Shown here: positions 19,032 to 29,414 of the stretch, piece by piece
Layout of the letters: each line of letters starts with the position of its first letter
How positions within the stretch are numbered: the first letter of the stretch is position 1
Source of the DNA: Chloroflexota bacterium
GTDB taxonomy: Bacteria; Chloroflexota; UBA11872; VXOZ01
DNA: 64,000 bases
NCBI GenBank assembly: GCA_965261635.1
Contig: OZ253463.1
Coordinates: 811,879 to 875,878, forward strand
Direction: 5' to 3'
Program-made: the position numbers and the translations under genes
The notes under the pieces: generated by a model
What the model was told of the DNA's origin: nothing
The model's database searches: none
Seen by the model: the letters and a program-made list of their open reading frames with translations, nothing else

Positions 19032-19157
19032 GCGGCAGGCCGCGTGGCCTTTTGCTCTCTAAGACGAGATGAGCATTGCAAACAGGGATGGCCGGTACAC
19101 AGCCGTCCCTGTGGTGATTAAGGTATTCAAGCAAACTCTCATGAGTTAGAGGCGCCC

Positions 19158-20024
19158 GTGGTTATCCTTTGCTATGCCAAGATCAACCTGACCCTGGAAA
19201 TCCTCGGCAAACGCGCCGACGGCTACCACGAGGTCCGCACGGTCATGCAAACCGTCGGTCTGGCGGACCGGCTGGAAGTAGCAGCGGCGGCGGATCTCTC
19301 GTTCACGTGTTCCGACCCCGCGCTGGCAACGCCGGACAATCTCGTGTACCGCGCCGCACGACTGCTGCAAGCGGAGTACGCCGTGCGCACCGGTGCCGCG
19401 CTCAGGCTGGAAAAGCGCATTCCGTCAGCCGCCGGTTTGGGGGGCGGCAGTAGCGACGCGGCAGCAACTATTGTCGCGCTCAACCGGCTGTGGAATCTTC
19501 AACTATCCCTAGCGGAGCAACAGCAACTGGTGGCGAGGCTGGGTTCGGACGTGCCCTTCTTTCTTACCGGCGGCACGGCGCTGGCCACTGGTCGAGGCGA
19601 GCGCATTACGCCGCTGCCGCCGTTGCCGCCGCACTGGGTCGTGCTCGTGCTGCTGCCCCGCGTGCTAAGCACGGCGGCTGTCTACCAAGCCGTGACCCCA
19701 GCGGACTACACCGCAGGCGTCGCCACCGCAGACGTTGTGGCAGCGGCGCAGCACGGCACACTGTCACCGCAGACCCGCTGGCACAACGCCCTTACACGCC
19801 CCGCCCGCGCGCTAGCGCCGGAGATCACGGCAGCACAAAACGCCTTGATCCAGGCCGGCGCTCAACACGCCCACGTATCCGGCAGCGGGCCAACGGTCTT
19901 CACCGTATGTGGAGACAAGGACACCGCCCACACGTTTGACGCCTGCCTCCAGGAGCAGGGCCGCACCACCGAGATCGTCCCATTCGTTCAGTCCGGTTGG
20001 GCTCGGGGCGAAGCGGGCGCGTAG
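19158..20024 (+). CDS. ispE: 4-diphosphocytidyl-2-C-methyl-D-erythritol kinase
   Basis: GHMP kinase motif PSAAGLGGGSSDAAA. N-terminus AKINLTLEILGKRADGYHEV is typical of IspE. Putative GTG start. Confidence 0.8.
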   Translation: MVILCYAKINLTLEILGKRADGYHEVRTVMQTVGLADRLEVAAAADLSFTCSDPALATPDNLVYRAARLLQAEYAVRTGAALRLEKRIPSAAGLGGGSSDAAATIVALNRLWNLQLSLAEQQQLVARLGSDVPFFLTGGTALATGRGERITPLPPLPPHWVVLVLLPRVLSTAAVYQAVTPADYTAGVATADVVAAAQHGTLSPQTRWHNALTRPARALAPEITAAQNALIQAGAQHAHVSGSGPTVFTVCGDKDTAHTFDACLQEQGRTTEIVPFVQSGWARGEAGA

Positions 20025-20459
20025 AACCGGGAGCCAGCGGGGCTAATGGGTACGCATGGTGGTACGGATGCTGCAGGGATAAGGATTCACCGGCCAGGGT
20101 CTTTCTATTGCCGCATTAAACGGTGTGATGGGTCTGCACGATCAACTACCTAACATCGTGCTGGGCTTGGCGACCGGTCGTGCTGAGGTGGCTATGCCCG
20201 GGTCCTGTCGAAGCATGAACGGCCATGTGCGCATATGCCGGAATTCACCCGTGCCGCGATTCCCCCTTCGACACCCTCAGGGCGAGCGGGTTGGCGCTCA
20301 GGGTGAACAAGCATTTGCGTCTAGGGCGGACTGATGATAGTGCGCAACGGAGCCTCCCAAGAGCAAGAGCGCATGACCCCTACCACTATGCGTCGGCGAC
20401 TGCCGGTTTCTCGTGGCTTGTGGTACATTTGTCGGGAGCAAGTCAAAGGAGCGGCCAAG

Positions 20460-21854
20460 ATGAATGTCATCTGGATAGTTGCCGACACTTTCCGCAGGGA
20501 CCACGTAGGCGCCTACGGCAATCCTACGATTCGAACGCCTTCTCTCGATGCGCTGGCGGCCAGGTCGGTCAGGTTCGACGGCCACTATGCTGCCGGCTTC
20601 CCGACCATGCCCACGCGAGCAGACCATCATACGGGGCGCTGGACGATGTCCTTCATGGGTTGGGAGCCCCTGCCTGCGGGAGTGAACACTATAGCGGAAG
20701 TGCTGGCGGATCACGGCTATCATACAGCGGCATCGGTGGATACCCCCTACTATCTAAGGGACGGAATGAACTATGACCGGGGGTTTCAGTCCTTCTTCAT
20801 GAACAGGGGCCAGGATACAATGTGGTCCCTCATCCCTCAGCCCGGCTATCATAATGAATCCCTCGACGTCCGCGAGGCTTGGCGCAACGAATCGGACCGG
20901 AATGCCCCGCGGACGTTCATGACCGCCATGCAGTGGTTGGAACGACACTACAAAGAGGACTTCTTTCTCTACATTGACACCTGGGATCCGCATGAACCTT
21001 GGGATGCGCCAGCTTACTATACAGAGCTCTACTGGCCCGGATACGACGGCGAGGTGGTGCTCCCACTGTACGGAAACTGGCATGACGCGCCGGGGTATGA
21101 CGAAGAGAGGGTCCGGAAGGGTCACGCCACCTATTGTGGTGAAATCACCATGGTCGACACGTGGTTGGGTTTCTTGCTGAAGGCCGTCGAGAACATGGGC
21201 TTGATGGACACGACTGCCATCATCTTCACCACAGACCACGGCTTCTGTTTTGGGGAGCATGGCGGCCTTTTCGGCAAGATGAACGCGGATACGTACCCGG
21301 ACGGGAGCCTGCGGCCCTACGGCGAGCCGGGATCAACGTGGGCCCACTCTCCCCTTTACGAGGAGCTTGTCCACTTGCCGCTTCTGGTTTACGTGCCTGG
21401 CATATGTCCGGGAGTATACAAAGGCCTCAGTTCGGCGGTCGATGTCATGCCGACCGTACTCAATCTGATGGGCATAGAGATTCCGGCCTACGTCCAAGGC
21501 AGGTCCCTAGTGTCTGGGATGCAAGATACTGCACTGCCGGGACGGGAGTACGTAGTCAGCAGCATTCCCTTTGCCAACCCTGGCGATCCGGTACATTCTG
21601 TTGACAGCTTGCTCCGTACCCTTTCAGATTATCCGGTGACCACCATCACGGCGGGAGAATGGAGCTTGCTCTATAGCCCGCAAGCCGGTCTATCGGAACT
21701 ATACAATCTGGATTCCGATCCGAATCAGCTTGAGAACGTCATCGGAACGCACCGAAACGATGCCAAAGATATTCATCGATTCCTGGTTGATTTCATGCAT
21801 GAAACCAACGTGCCGGAACGTCTACTGCAGCCGCGCTTGGAACTGCGTGTATAG
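20460..21854 (+). CDS. Sulfatase-family hydrolase (arylsulfatase-like)
   Basis: N-terminal NVIWIVADTFRRDHVGAYG and HTGRW metal-binding/active-site region. AAAGGAG ribosome-binding site upstream of the ATG at 20460. Confidence 0.75.
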   Translation: MNVIWIVADTFRRDHVGAYGNPTIRTPSLDALAARSVRFDGHYAAGFPTMPTRADHHTGRWTMSFMGWEPLPAGVNTIAEVLADHGYHTAASVDTPYYLRDGMNYDRGFQSFFMNRGQDTMWSLIPQPGYHNESLDVREAWRNESDRNAPRTFMTAMQWLERHYKEDFFLYIDTWDPHEPWDAPAYYTELYWPGYDGEVVLPLYGNWHDAPGYDEERVRKGHATYCGEITMVDTWLGFLLKAVENMGLMDTTAIIFTTDHGFCFGEHGGLFGKMNADTYPDGSLRPYGEPGSTWAHSPLYEELVHLPLLVYVPGICPGVYKGLSSAVDVMPTVLNLMGIEIPAYVQGRSLVSGMQDTALPGREYVVSSIPFANPGDPVHSVDSLLRTLSDYPVTTITAGEWSLLYSPQAGLSELYNLDSDPNQLENVIGTHRNDAKDIHRFLVDFMHETNVPERLLQPRLELRV

Positions 21855-22028
21855 ATGCGTTGAAAATCAAACCCCATGGAATCCCGGTTCTGGCTGGGAA
21901 AGTCCGAAGGCAAGAGAAGTCTTCCCCAGTAGGACTCCAGAATCCCGGCGAGCGTCCGCCGATACCTTACTCGCTCGCGAAGGCCATCCAACCGGACAGG
22001 AACGCTCGCACGCGACCGTCATTACAGT

Positions 22029-23579
22029 ATGAGGAAGCAATACGATCACATTGTCGTCGGGGCGGGCTCGGCAGGTGCGGTCTTGGCGGCCCGATTGACC
22101 GAAGATCGTCACCGGTCGGTTCTGCTTCTCGAGGCCGGGGAGGACTATCCCGCGTTGGATCGGATGCCGGACGCGGTAAAGTACGCCTACGGGATCGACA
22201 CCTCGCTCTGGGCTAGCGGCCACTTGTGGGATTTTCGCGCCAGGGCCACGGATGCAGCCCAGATAGACGTCCCGCGTGGCAAGGTCACCGGCGGTTCCAG
22301 CGCTATCAACGATGCACAGTTTCTTAGAGGAATGCCGGAGGACTTCGAGCGTTGGGCAGCGTGGGGGAACCCCGAATGGGAGTTCGAGAAGGTCTTGCCC
22401 TACCTGAGAAAGTTAGAGGCGGATCAAGATTTTCAAAATGAATTCCATGGCTCGGATGGTCCTATCAGTTGCCGTCGGTATCGGCCTGACGAATGGGGGC
22501 CGCAACAGCACGCCTTCTATCAGGCATGCCGGGACGCCGGTTTCCCCGACTGCCCGGACCACAATCACCCCGACGCCACCGGCGTTGGGCCTCTGGCTTT
22601 CAACATTGACGGCCGCGTGCGGGTGAGTACGGCAATCGGCTACCTTAACCCCGTGCGCACGCGACCGGGGCTGACCGTCAGGCCCCACTGCCTCGTCCAC
22701 CGGATCATTTTCGAGGGCAATCGAGCGGTAGGACTGCACGTGATCAGCGGCCATGAAGAGTTTACCGTCTATGGCGAGGAAGTCATCCTCTGTGCCGGCG
22801 CTATCGGATCGCCACATATCCTTGCGCTGTCGGGTATTGGACCGGCGGCGCAGTTGCGGCGGTTTGGGATACCCATAGTACAAGACCTTCCTGGAGTTGG
22901 GCGCAATCTCCGGGACCACCCGGACGTGCCAATGGCCTGGCGCACGCGTGCAGGATTCCCCTTGAACACCGACCAGGTCGCAACGGGCACTGTCACCCTG
23001 CGGTTTACGGCCTCGGGTTCGTCTTTCAAGAACGACTTGGTCATTTACATGGGCAACTACGCGGCGGCAAGGCCCATGCGGGGGGTGGATCAGCAAAATC
23101 CGGTAGGCATAGGGGTCAGCCTGTGCCTCTACTTGGCCTTGAGCCAGGGCGAACTCCGCATCCAATCTGACGACCCTAGGCACTCGCCTTACCTCGACTT
23201 CAACCTGCTGGACGACCCCTACGATCGTTCACGGCTCCGTGAAAGCCTCAGTACCTGCGCCGACCTGTTCAAGCATGCGGCCTTCGGTGAGATAGTCGAC
23301 GAGCGGTTCGCGCCCTCAGACGAAGCTCTGCAATCCGACGATGCCCTGGACTCCTGGATGCAGCGAGAGGTGGTAACTGCCCACCACGTATCGAGCACGT
23401 GCAAAATGGGGCCCGCAAACGACCCGTTGGCTGTGGTGGATCAGTACGGCAAGGTACACGGCGTTGAGGGACTCCGCATCTGCGACGCATCGATTATGCC
23501 CGATACGGTACGGGCGAACCTCAATCTTACGGTGCTTGCTATGGCGGAGAAGGTCGCTGACTTCATCAAAGCAAGTTAA
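22029..23579 (+). CDS. GMC-family FAD-dependent oxidoreductase (choline dehydrogenase-like)
   Basis: N-terminal FAD motif YDHIVVGAGSAGAVLAARL and the C-terminal GMC signature region (HHVSSTCKMG). Confidence 0.8.
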   Translation: MRKQYDHIVVGAGSAGAVLAARLTEDRHRSVLLLEAGEDYPALDRMPDAVKYAYGIDTSLWASGHLWDFRARATDAAQIDVPRGKVTGGSSAINDAQFLRGMPEDFERWAAWGNPEWEFEKVLPYLRKLEADQDFQNEFHGSDGPISCRRYRPDEWGPQQHAFYQACRDAGFPDCPDHNHPDATGVGPLAFNIDGRVRVSTAIGYLNPVRTRPGLTVRPHCLVHRIIFEGNRAVGLHVISGHEEFTVYGEEVILCAGAIGSPHILALSGIGPAAQLRRFGIPIVQDLPGVGRNLRDHPDVPMAWRTRAGFPLNTDQVATGTVTLRFTASGSSFKNDLVIYMGNYAAARPMRGVDQQNPVGIGVSLCLYLALSQGELRIQSDDPRHSPYLDFNLLDDPYDRSRLRESLSTCADLFKHAAFGEIVDERFAPSDEALQSDDALDSWMQREVVTAHHVSSTCKMGPANDPLAVVDQYGKVHGVEGLRICDASIMPDTVRANLNLTVLAMAEKVADFIKAS

Positions 23580-23794
23580 CCGTGTGGCAGAGCTTGGCAT
23601 GCCGCCACATGCGATATCCCGAGAACCTGACCACACCGCTGGCGTCACCACTGCCGGCACCTTCGTGGTGGCCCCTAAAGTCAACAGATGAGACCGTTCG
23701 CTTGCAGACCCAAAACAGACCACGTAAATGGGCAACGGATAATTCTGATGCATTTCGCTATTCATTCAGAGCAAGTGATGTATAGAGAGATCTG

Positions 23795-25693
23795 TCAACC
23801 AAGAATGCCCTCCAGCTCCATACTATCTTCCCGCACAAGTTCGTAATCGACCGGCGTTTCATCGTACTCCTCAACCATTTCGGATGAGATAGGCTTTCCC
23901 ATCGCCTTCCTGATTGCATTGAGAAGAGCCGACTCTCTAGCGCGGAAGTGTCGATCAAAATCGCTTGACCACAAGTGCTCGGGGTCAATGAGATGCGAGT
24001 CTAGGTAGGTGCTCAACGAGTCTTGCGAAACACCTTCCGATGTGATGCGATTTAGGTATGCCGCAGGCGCCTGGCCGCCGATGCTACGATTTGTTCGTGC
24101 TGTGAGGGGCGTCTTATTGACTATCGAGTCGCAGCGCGCTGCCTCTATCCCCTGCTCGCGGCACCATCTCTGGGGAAAGATGTGATGAATGTCAATCCTC
24201 TCGTCGAAGTAGCCCTGTATCGACGACTCCTCGCCAGTGATCCAATCACAAGCGCCTTCGCGCAAAAGCAGTGCGTAAATACCCTTATATGCCGCGCTAT
24301 TTCGGGTGCGCAGTGTAAGCAGTCGGGTCGGAGCGAACTCAGCGTCATAGATCGTCCCTGGCTCTGGCCCTTCGTCTCGAATCCACTTCACGACCTCTGG
24401 AAGGTCACGGGCAAACCGCGTCTCAACTGAACCACCATACAATTCTCCAAGGACGCCGCACCAATACCAGCGCGCGAGCTTTACCCTAGCAGGCTGCGGC
24501 TCCCAATCACTGTCCAGTACTGTGAGAATCGCGGCCATCGGGATCAACTGGCTGCCATAGGGCAGAAACTTCGCGTCGTAAAGGCGCTGCCCGTGGAGGA
24601 AGCGCGCCGTCCTCTCGAAGCCTTTCATCAGTGGATCCGCCCACCCCTGGTACTCGTCAAGACTAAGCCGCAAAATGTCTGCGCGCTTACACCCCACTCC
24701 CGGCACCCGGTCCGCGCCCGTGCCATCTCGGATGGCAACCCGCCGCCGCTCCAGGGTCGCGAGCAGCGTTATAGCCTGAAGAAAGTCCGTATTGGACACG
24801 CCAGCGAGTATCGACTGGGAGTGGATCGTGCGCTCCCGTTCCTCCCAGTCTGGCCGCAGTTGGAAGTCGTCAGCTGCAAAGATTGCGGTTAGCAGCTCGA
24901 AAACGGTTAGTGTCACGCCTCCAGTGTTCACCTTCTCAAATACTTGGCACACAGCCTGTTTCGGCGTGTCCTTTCCAAGCTCAATTACTGGCACCTGGTA
25001 CAGCTGAATGCGCTTGACGATCTTCTTTTCAAACTCGTTCCACAGTTCTATCTTCTCTCTGTCGTAATCCCAGTATTTTTCGAAGCCCACGCGCCAGTCG
25101 CTCGAGTCGAATGCCTGGGACAGCGGAAAAAGCATCGCCTTATACTCTAGATCGGGAGTCGAGTAGTCCTCTTCGACCTTGCGCCCAAAGCGTTTGATCT
25201 GACGGTCCGCGGGCAGCGAGACCACCGCGTCCTCACGATCAGCAATCGGGTCAAGAGCCAGCGCCATCCTTATGTAGTACCAGCGCTCGATTTTTCGTCC
25301 GTGCTGGTCGCGGGTGTGAACTGGCTGGTCAGGACGGAGAGACTGGAACAGCGAGGTTATCCGCTGCTGGCCGTCTAGGATCAGCCGCTCGGCCTCCTGC
25401 TTTGGCCCCGGCGCACCCTCAAGCGGGCGTTGCTTGAAGCGAACGCTATCGCTGCCGACCTCAAGCATCATGACCGCACCGATAGGGTATCCGAGGGTGA
25501 TGCTTGAGAGAAGGCTCCGCACGTGTTCGTCGTCCCACACCCAGCCTCGCTGAAAATCGGGAAGTTGTGTACTCCCGTCCGATGAACTATCTAGCACCCC
25601 TTGGAGGAATTCATTTTCGATACCGTAGCCCATGTAATCCATCGTGTGCCCCCTTGGGTTGTCGTTGCCAGTCGAACTGCTCGTAACATCCAA
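23795..25693 (-). CDS. GmrSD-family type IV restriction enzyme-like protein (DUF262 N-terminal plus DUF1524 C-terminal His-Me finger)
   Basis: DUF262/ParB-like motifs FQRGWVW and DGQQRITSL. C-terminal DUF1524-like DIHHIFPQRW...NKTPLTARTN (HNH/His-Me finger). Confidence 0.75.
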   Translation of the reverse strand: MDVTSSSTGNDNPRGHTMDYMGYGIENEFLQGVLDSSSDGSTQLPDFQRGWVWDDEHVRSLLSSITLGYPIGAVMMLEVGSDSVRFKQRPLEGAPGPKQEAERLILDGQQRITSLFQSLRPDQPVHTRDQHGRKIERWYYIRMALALDPIADREDAVVSLPADRQIKRFGRKVEEDYSTPDLEYKAMLFPLSQAFDSSDWRVGFEKYWDYDREKIELWNEFEKKIVKRIQLYQVPVIELGKDTPKQAVCQVFEKVNTGGVTLTVFELLTAIFAADDFQLRPDWEERERTIHSQSILAGVSNTDFLQAITLLATLERRRVAIRDGTGADRVPGVGCKRADILRLSLDEYQGWADPLMKGFERTARFLHGQRLYDAKFLPYGSQLIPMAAILTVLDSDWEPQPARVKLARWYWCGVLGELYGGSVETRFARDLPEVVKWIRDEGPEPGTIYDAEFAPTRLLTLRTRNSAAYKGIYALLLREGACDWITGEESSIQGYFDERIDIHHIFPQRWCREQGIEAARCDSIVNKTPLTARTNRSIGGQAPAAYLNRITSEGVSQDSLSTYLDSHLIDPEHLWSSDFDRHFRARESALLNAIRKAMGKPISSEMVEEYDETPVDYELVREDSMELEGILG

Positions 25694-26125
25694 TGTATTA
25701 GGTGCGGGTAACGTCGCGCAACCTGCGTGTTTACTTTTGACGACTTTACACTATGTCGGTTTTGAATTTGCAGCGGCAGTATCCCACAGGATGAGGTGGC
25801 TAAATATGGAGTTCTGCGACCGGTAACTCTGTCACCAGCTAGGCGAGAAACCTATCCAGACCGTCTACCCGAAGCTGCGTTACAACTATCGCGGTCGGTA
25901 GTAGTGGGCAAAGTCTCACATGCCGTTGTCGTCGACACACTGAGGTAGCTGGGCTACCATTCTTAACGCACGACACAATGAACCATAAAGTCGATGGCAT
26001 TGCGCTCTTACGACTTAGTGGCTCACCGGTATACCGAACTCTTTTCACCGAGAAAGCACAGCCAGAGACTGAGCACGCTGGAATTCGGCAAGTGCCACCG
26101 CTGTGCATCAAGAAAACCTAGCGAA

Positions 26126-26776
26126 ATGATGAAAACAACCATTCACGCATTGCGAGCTTCTGCAACGGTGCTCTTGGCCGGTCTTTGCTTCTTCTTGGTC
26201 GTGAGTGAAGTTCGTGCTTGCTCGTGCGGGGATACGCCCTCCCCATCTGTGGCATTGGCGCAATCGTCAAAAGTGTTCTCCGGTAAAGTCGTGCACATAA
26301 GCGATGGCGGCGGCACGCAGAGAGAGCCCGCTCTGCTCAGCGGTTACATATTGGTTGAGTTTGAAGTCTACGCAGTCTGGAAAGGCCCGGCCTATGCCAC
26401 CATGTTCGTCGAGACGGCATGGTGGAGCGGCAGTTGCGGGGTGGAGTTCTATCTTGGACAGGAATGGCTGGTCTACTCCTATGACGGTGAAACCACGCAC
26501 CCTTGCAGCCGCACACGGCCCTTGGAGCTGGCGCAGGCAGACATTGACGAACTTGGCGAGGGCCAAGTGCCTGCCCTGGGAAGTATCGAGCCCTATCAAC
26601 AATCCGGTGACCGGATCGAGCGGACACGCACGCAGGCCGCCGTGGCCGACGCACCCACACCCGCGGCAAGCTCTTTGTGGGATTTCATTCCCGCGTGGCT
26701 GAACTTCGTACTCCTCATAGTTGTGGTGGTAGCAGTGCTGGGCTGGGTGCTGCGTGGGACCAGCCAGAAGGGCTAG
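26126..26776 (+). CDS. Membrane-anchored TIMP/NTR-like domain protein (putative metalloprotease inhibitor)
   Basis: Signal peptide ending VRA|CSCG, giving an N-terminal Cys-x-Cys as in TIMPs. Four Cys are spaced like the TIMP N-domain disulfides (CSC ... SGSCGVEF ... HPCS). VWKGP and GQEWLVYS motifs parallel TIMP FKGPE and EYLIAG. C-terminal transmembrane helix. The listed ORF starts earlier (25994). Confidence 0.5.
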   Translation: MMKTTIHALRASATVLLAGLCFFLVVSEVRACSCGDTPSPSVALAQSSKVFSGKVVHISDGGGTQREPALLSGYILVEFEVYAVWKGPAYATMFVETAWWSGSCGVEFYLGQEWLVYSYDGETTHPCSRTRPLELAQADIDELGEGQVPALGSIEPYQQSGDRIERTRTQAAVADAPTPAASSLWDFIPAWLNFVLLIVVVVAVLGWVLRGTSQKG

Positions 26777-26935
26777 GGCAGTCTCTGCGCTAGGCAGACC
26801 CTTGCGGTCCGAGCGGCGGCCGCGGCATCAGCACGGCGATCGGCCTAGGCGCTAGTCCGCAGTACTCGCTAGCAGATGTCTAGAGTGACTATTGCAGACG
26901 AAGAGGCGTCTTGTCGCTATTGAAAAACCGCTCGT

Positions 26936-27904
26936 CTATGCCCGAAACGGCTTGCCGGTACGGCGGAGCTCCTTGGTGACGGCTATCTGGCAGGTGACGT
27001 AGGCGCTTTCGGTCGGTCTGCCGCGGTGGTTCATGTCGCCGGCGGAGTAGCCGGGGCGGGCGTCGCCGATGGTGCCGACGATCAAGTTTGCGTGTTCCGT
27101 GGTCGTATCGTAGCGATCGGCGATGAGGCCCACCATATCCGCCCACGCCGCGCGCACGGCATCCGTCCATGTCCGGCCCTGACCGCTGGTGAGGTATTCC
27201 TCGGCGCACTCGGCCACGTTGGTGGTCTCAACCACAGGGCTGGAGGTCGAGAAGCCCGGCGAGCGGTCGACGCGGATAGTTACGGCCGTGTCGATCTCCA
27301 CGCCGGTGCCGGTGAGTTCGCCGTCCGACATGCGCGCGTGGGCGTCGGCCAGAGTCAGCAGGCCGCCGGGCTTCTGCGCGCGAATGTGCACGGTGCTGCC
27401 GGGGCGCACGGAATTGAAGTCCATATTGCCGCCGTGGTCGATCTCATAGGGATCAACGGATTCCAGCATCACCACGCCCACCATGGGGCGTTCCGGCACC
27501 ACGAAGTCCGGAGGAAAGTGCACAAGTCCGTCGCGGACGGGGGCGATGAGGCGCACGCTGCCCCAGATGGGGCCGCCGTTGCGATAGAAGCCGTAGGGGC
27601 CGACCTCCATATCCAGGATTTCGATTGCCACCCAGTCTCCCGGCTCGATGCCCTCGATGAAGAACGGCCCGCCCGGCCGTGAGTAGCGCGGCGTGCCGAC
27701 TTCCATGACTGCGCCGGGCTTGAGTTCGCCTTTTATCTTCAGGTCCTGGTCGTGGCCGCCGACCGTCTCGATGACGACCGTCTCGCCGAGCCGCAAAGTG
27801 CCTCTAAGTTCATTGCGCTCAGGATCGTTGGGCCCGCTGTAGTAGGGTGTACGGGTGAAGCGTCGCATGCGAATCCTCCCGCTTGCGGTATTGTTCGGCC
27901 GCAT
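26936..27904 (-). CDS. Acetamidase/formamidase (FmdA_AmdA) family protein, paralog A
   Basis: 322 aa with conserved FmdA/AmdA blocks (GPIWGSV..., HGGNMDFNSVRPGSTVHIRAQKPGGLLTLADAHARMSDGE). Confidence 0.75.
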   Translation of the reverse strand: MRPNNTASGRIRMRRFTRTPYYSGPNDPERNELRGTLRLGETVVIETVGGHDQDLKIKGELKPGAVMEVGTPRYSRPGGPFFIEGIEPGDWVAIEILDMEVGPYGFYRNGGPIWGSVRLIAPVRDGLVHFPPDFVVPERPMVGVVMLESVDPYEIDHGGNMDFNSVRPGSTVHIRAQKPGGLLTLADAHARMSDGELTGTGVEIDTAVTIRVDRSPGFSTSSPVVETTNVAECAEEYLTSGQGRTWTDAVRAAWADMVGLIADRYDTTTEHANLIVGTIGDARPGYSAGDMNHRGRPTESAYVTCQIAVTKELRRTGKPFRA

Positions 27905-28192
27905 TATGTGGTGCTCGCTATGAGCGAAGCCGGCCGGAACTTCCTTATCCTACCTTAAAGTTTATGCCGAACTAGGGTCTAGGGCTAGCCCTTTTGCGCC
28001 GATTCATAGGTACATTTAAGCAATCTCCTAAGTTACACGACTGGCAGACCGACATGGTCGTCTGTTAGCGCTAGTTCGCTTGACAGAAGCGGATTCTCCG
28101 CCCTATACTTACGGAAATCTGTCAATGGCGCCAGAGGGGACCGACGAGTGATTCGATCATTTGGGAAGCCTGCGGGGCTTCTTTACCGTTAA

Positions 28193-28269
<77 letters not shown>

Positions 28270-28703
28270 AACTGGACAAAATCAAGGACCTTCAATTTAA
28301 GGTTCGTTCTGGACCTGTGATGGGTGTGCTGGCGAGGGCCGGTCCAGTCTCAAAATCCCATGCCAGCTATGTGAAGACCAGGGAATCGGACGGATGCACA
28401 GTCATGATGAGGCATCGGCAGAGAAGCGGTGAAGGAGGCGAAAAGTTGCGGCTGGTATTGGCTGGCGTTGTCTTCGTACTGATATGCGATTAACCAGAAG
28501 CTAGGTGCTCGCAAATTTGTGGGGAAGACCCGTCGCCTGTGCCACCCCTGGACTACCTCAAGAGCAGGCTCCGAAACTCACACAAGGTGGGCTTGCCCGC
28601 TCTCCATGCGCCATCACCCCACTCGCTCAAGTGGTTCGACAGGCTCACCACGAGCGGTAAGGGCAGGGGTTTGCCATGAGCGGTAAGGAGGATAGGCTCA
28701 CCA

Positions 28704-29183
28704 TTGATGAACGTGGTCAGACACTTCACCGCCACCGGGTTTGTTGTGCATGACGAGAGCGTCCTGCTGCACTGGCACCCAAAGGTCAAAGAGTGGCTGC
28801 CCCCAGGCGGCCACATCGAAGACAACGAGGACCCTGTCCAGGCCGTCCTGCGGGAGATACGGGAGGAGACGGGTCTGACTGCCGAGGTCGTGCCCACCGG
28901 GATCGTCCTGGACCTGGAGCATCCGGTACCGGTCTATCCTCCGTTCACCATAATGGTGGAGAATATCCATGACCCGGTGGATGGGTATCACCAGCACATC
29001 GACATGATCTACTTCTGCCGGCTCCCAGGTGTACCCGGCCCGTTGAACGACGGTTGGATATGGGTGAGCAGATCGGACGTTGAAGCGAAACTGCCCCTGG
29101 ACGTCGCCGGCGCTCCAGTCAAATCGCCTCCCGAAGATGTTCGCCTGCTGGCAATAAGGGCCTTAGACCTGGCCCCAATGTGA
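28704..29183 (+). CDS. NUDIX hydrolase
   Basis: NUDIX box GGHIEDNEDPVQAVLREIREETGL. Confidence 0.8.
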   Translation: MMNVVRHFTATGFVVHDESVLLHWHPKVKEWLPPGGHIEDNEDPVQAVLREIREETGLTAEVVPTGIVLDLEHPVPVYPPFTIMVENIHDPVDGYHQHIDMIYFCRLPGVPGPLNDGWIWVSRSDVEAKLPLDVAGAPVKSPPEDVRLLAIRALDLAPM

Positions 29184-29414
29184 CGTAGGCGCACCCGCTC
29201 ATTTGGTTCGACATCCCGGTAGCGATAGGAACTTGCGTTCCTCCCCCTGTCACGCCACAATGCTTAGGTCAAGGGCCTAGGTAGGCTCACAGAGCCCCCT
29301 AGCCACATCTCGAAGATGGTTCTGTCTACTGTCAAAACAGGCCCACCTGGAGATGGCTTTCAGATTTTGTTCCGACCAATTCAGCCGCGCAGAGCGGGGA
29401 TTGAAGTGAACGCA

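Noticed and set aside
19158-20024. Internal ORFs 19169-19453, 19223-19483 and 19490-19939 within ispE
   Set aside because: These are alternative-frame products of GC-rich DNA (Arg/Ala/Gly-rich) that overlap a well-conserved ispE reading frame.
28270-28700. Search for an integrase gene or att direct repeat, and for transposases or IS ends anywhere near the low-GC insertions
   Set aside because: No DDE transposase, tyrosine or serine recombinase motifs, or obvious inverted terminal repeats were recognised by eye anywhere in the window. Acquisition mechanisms for the islands therefore remain unexplained.
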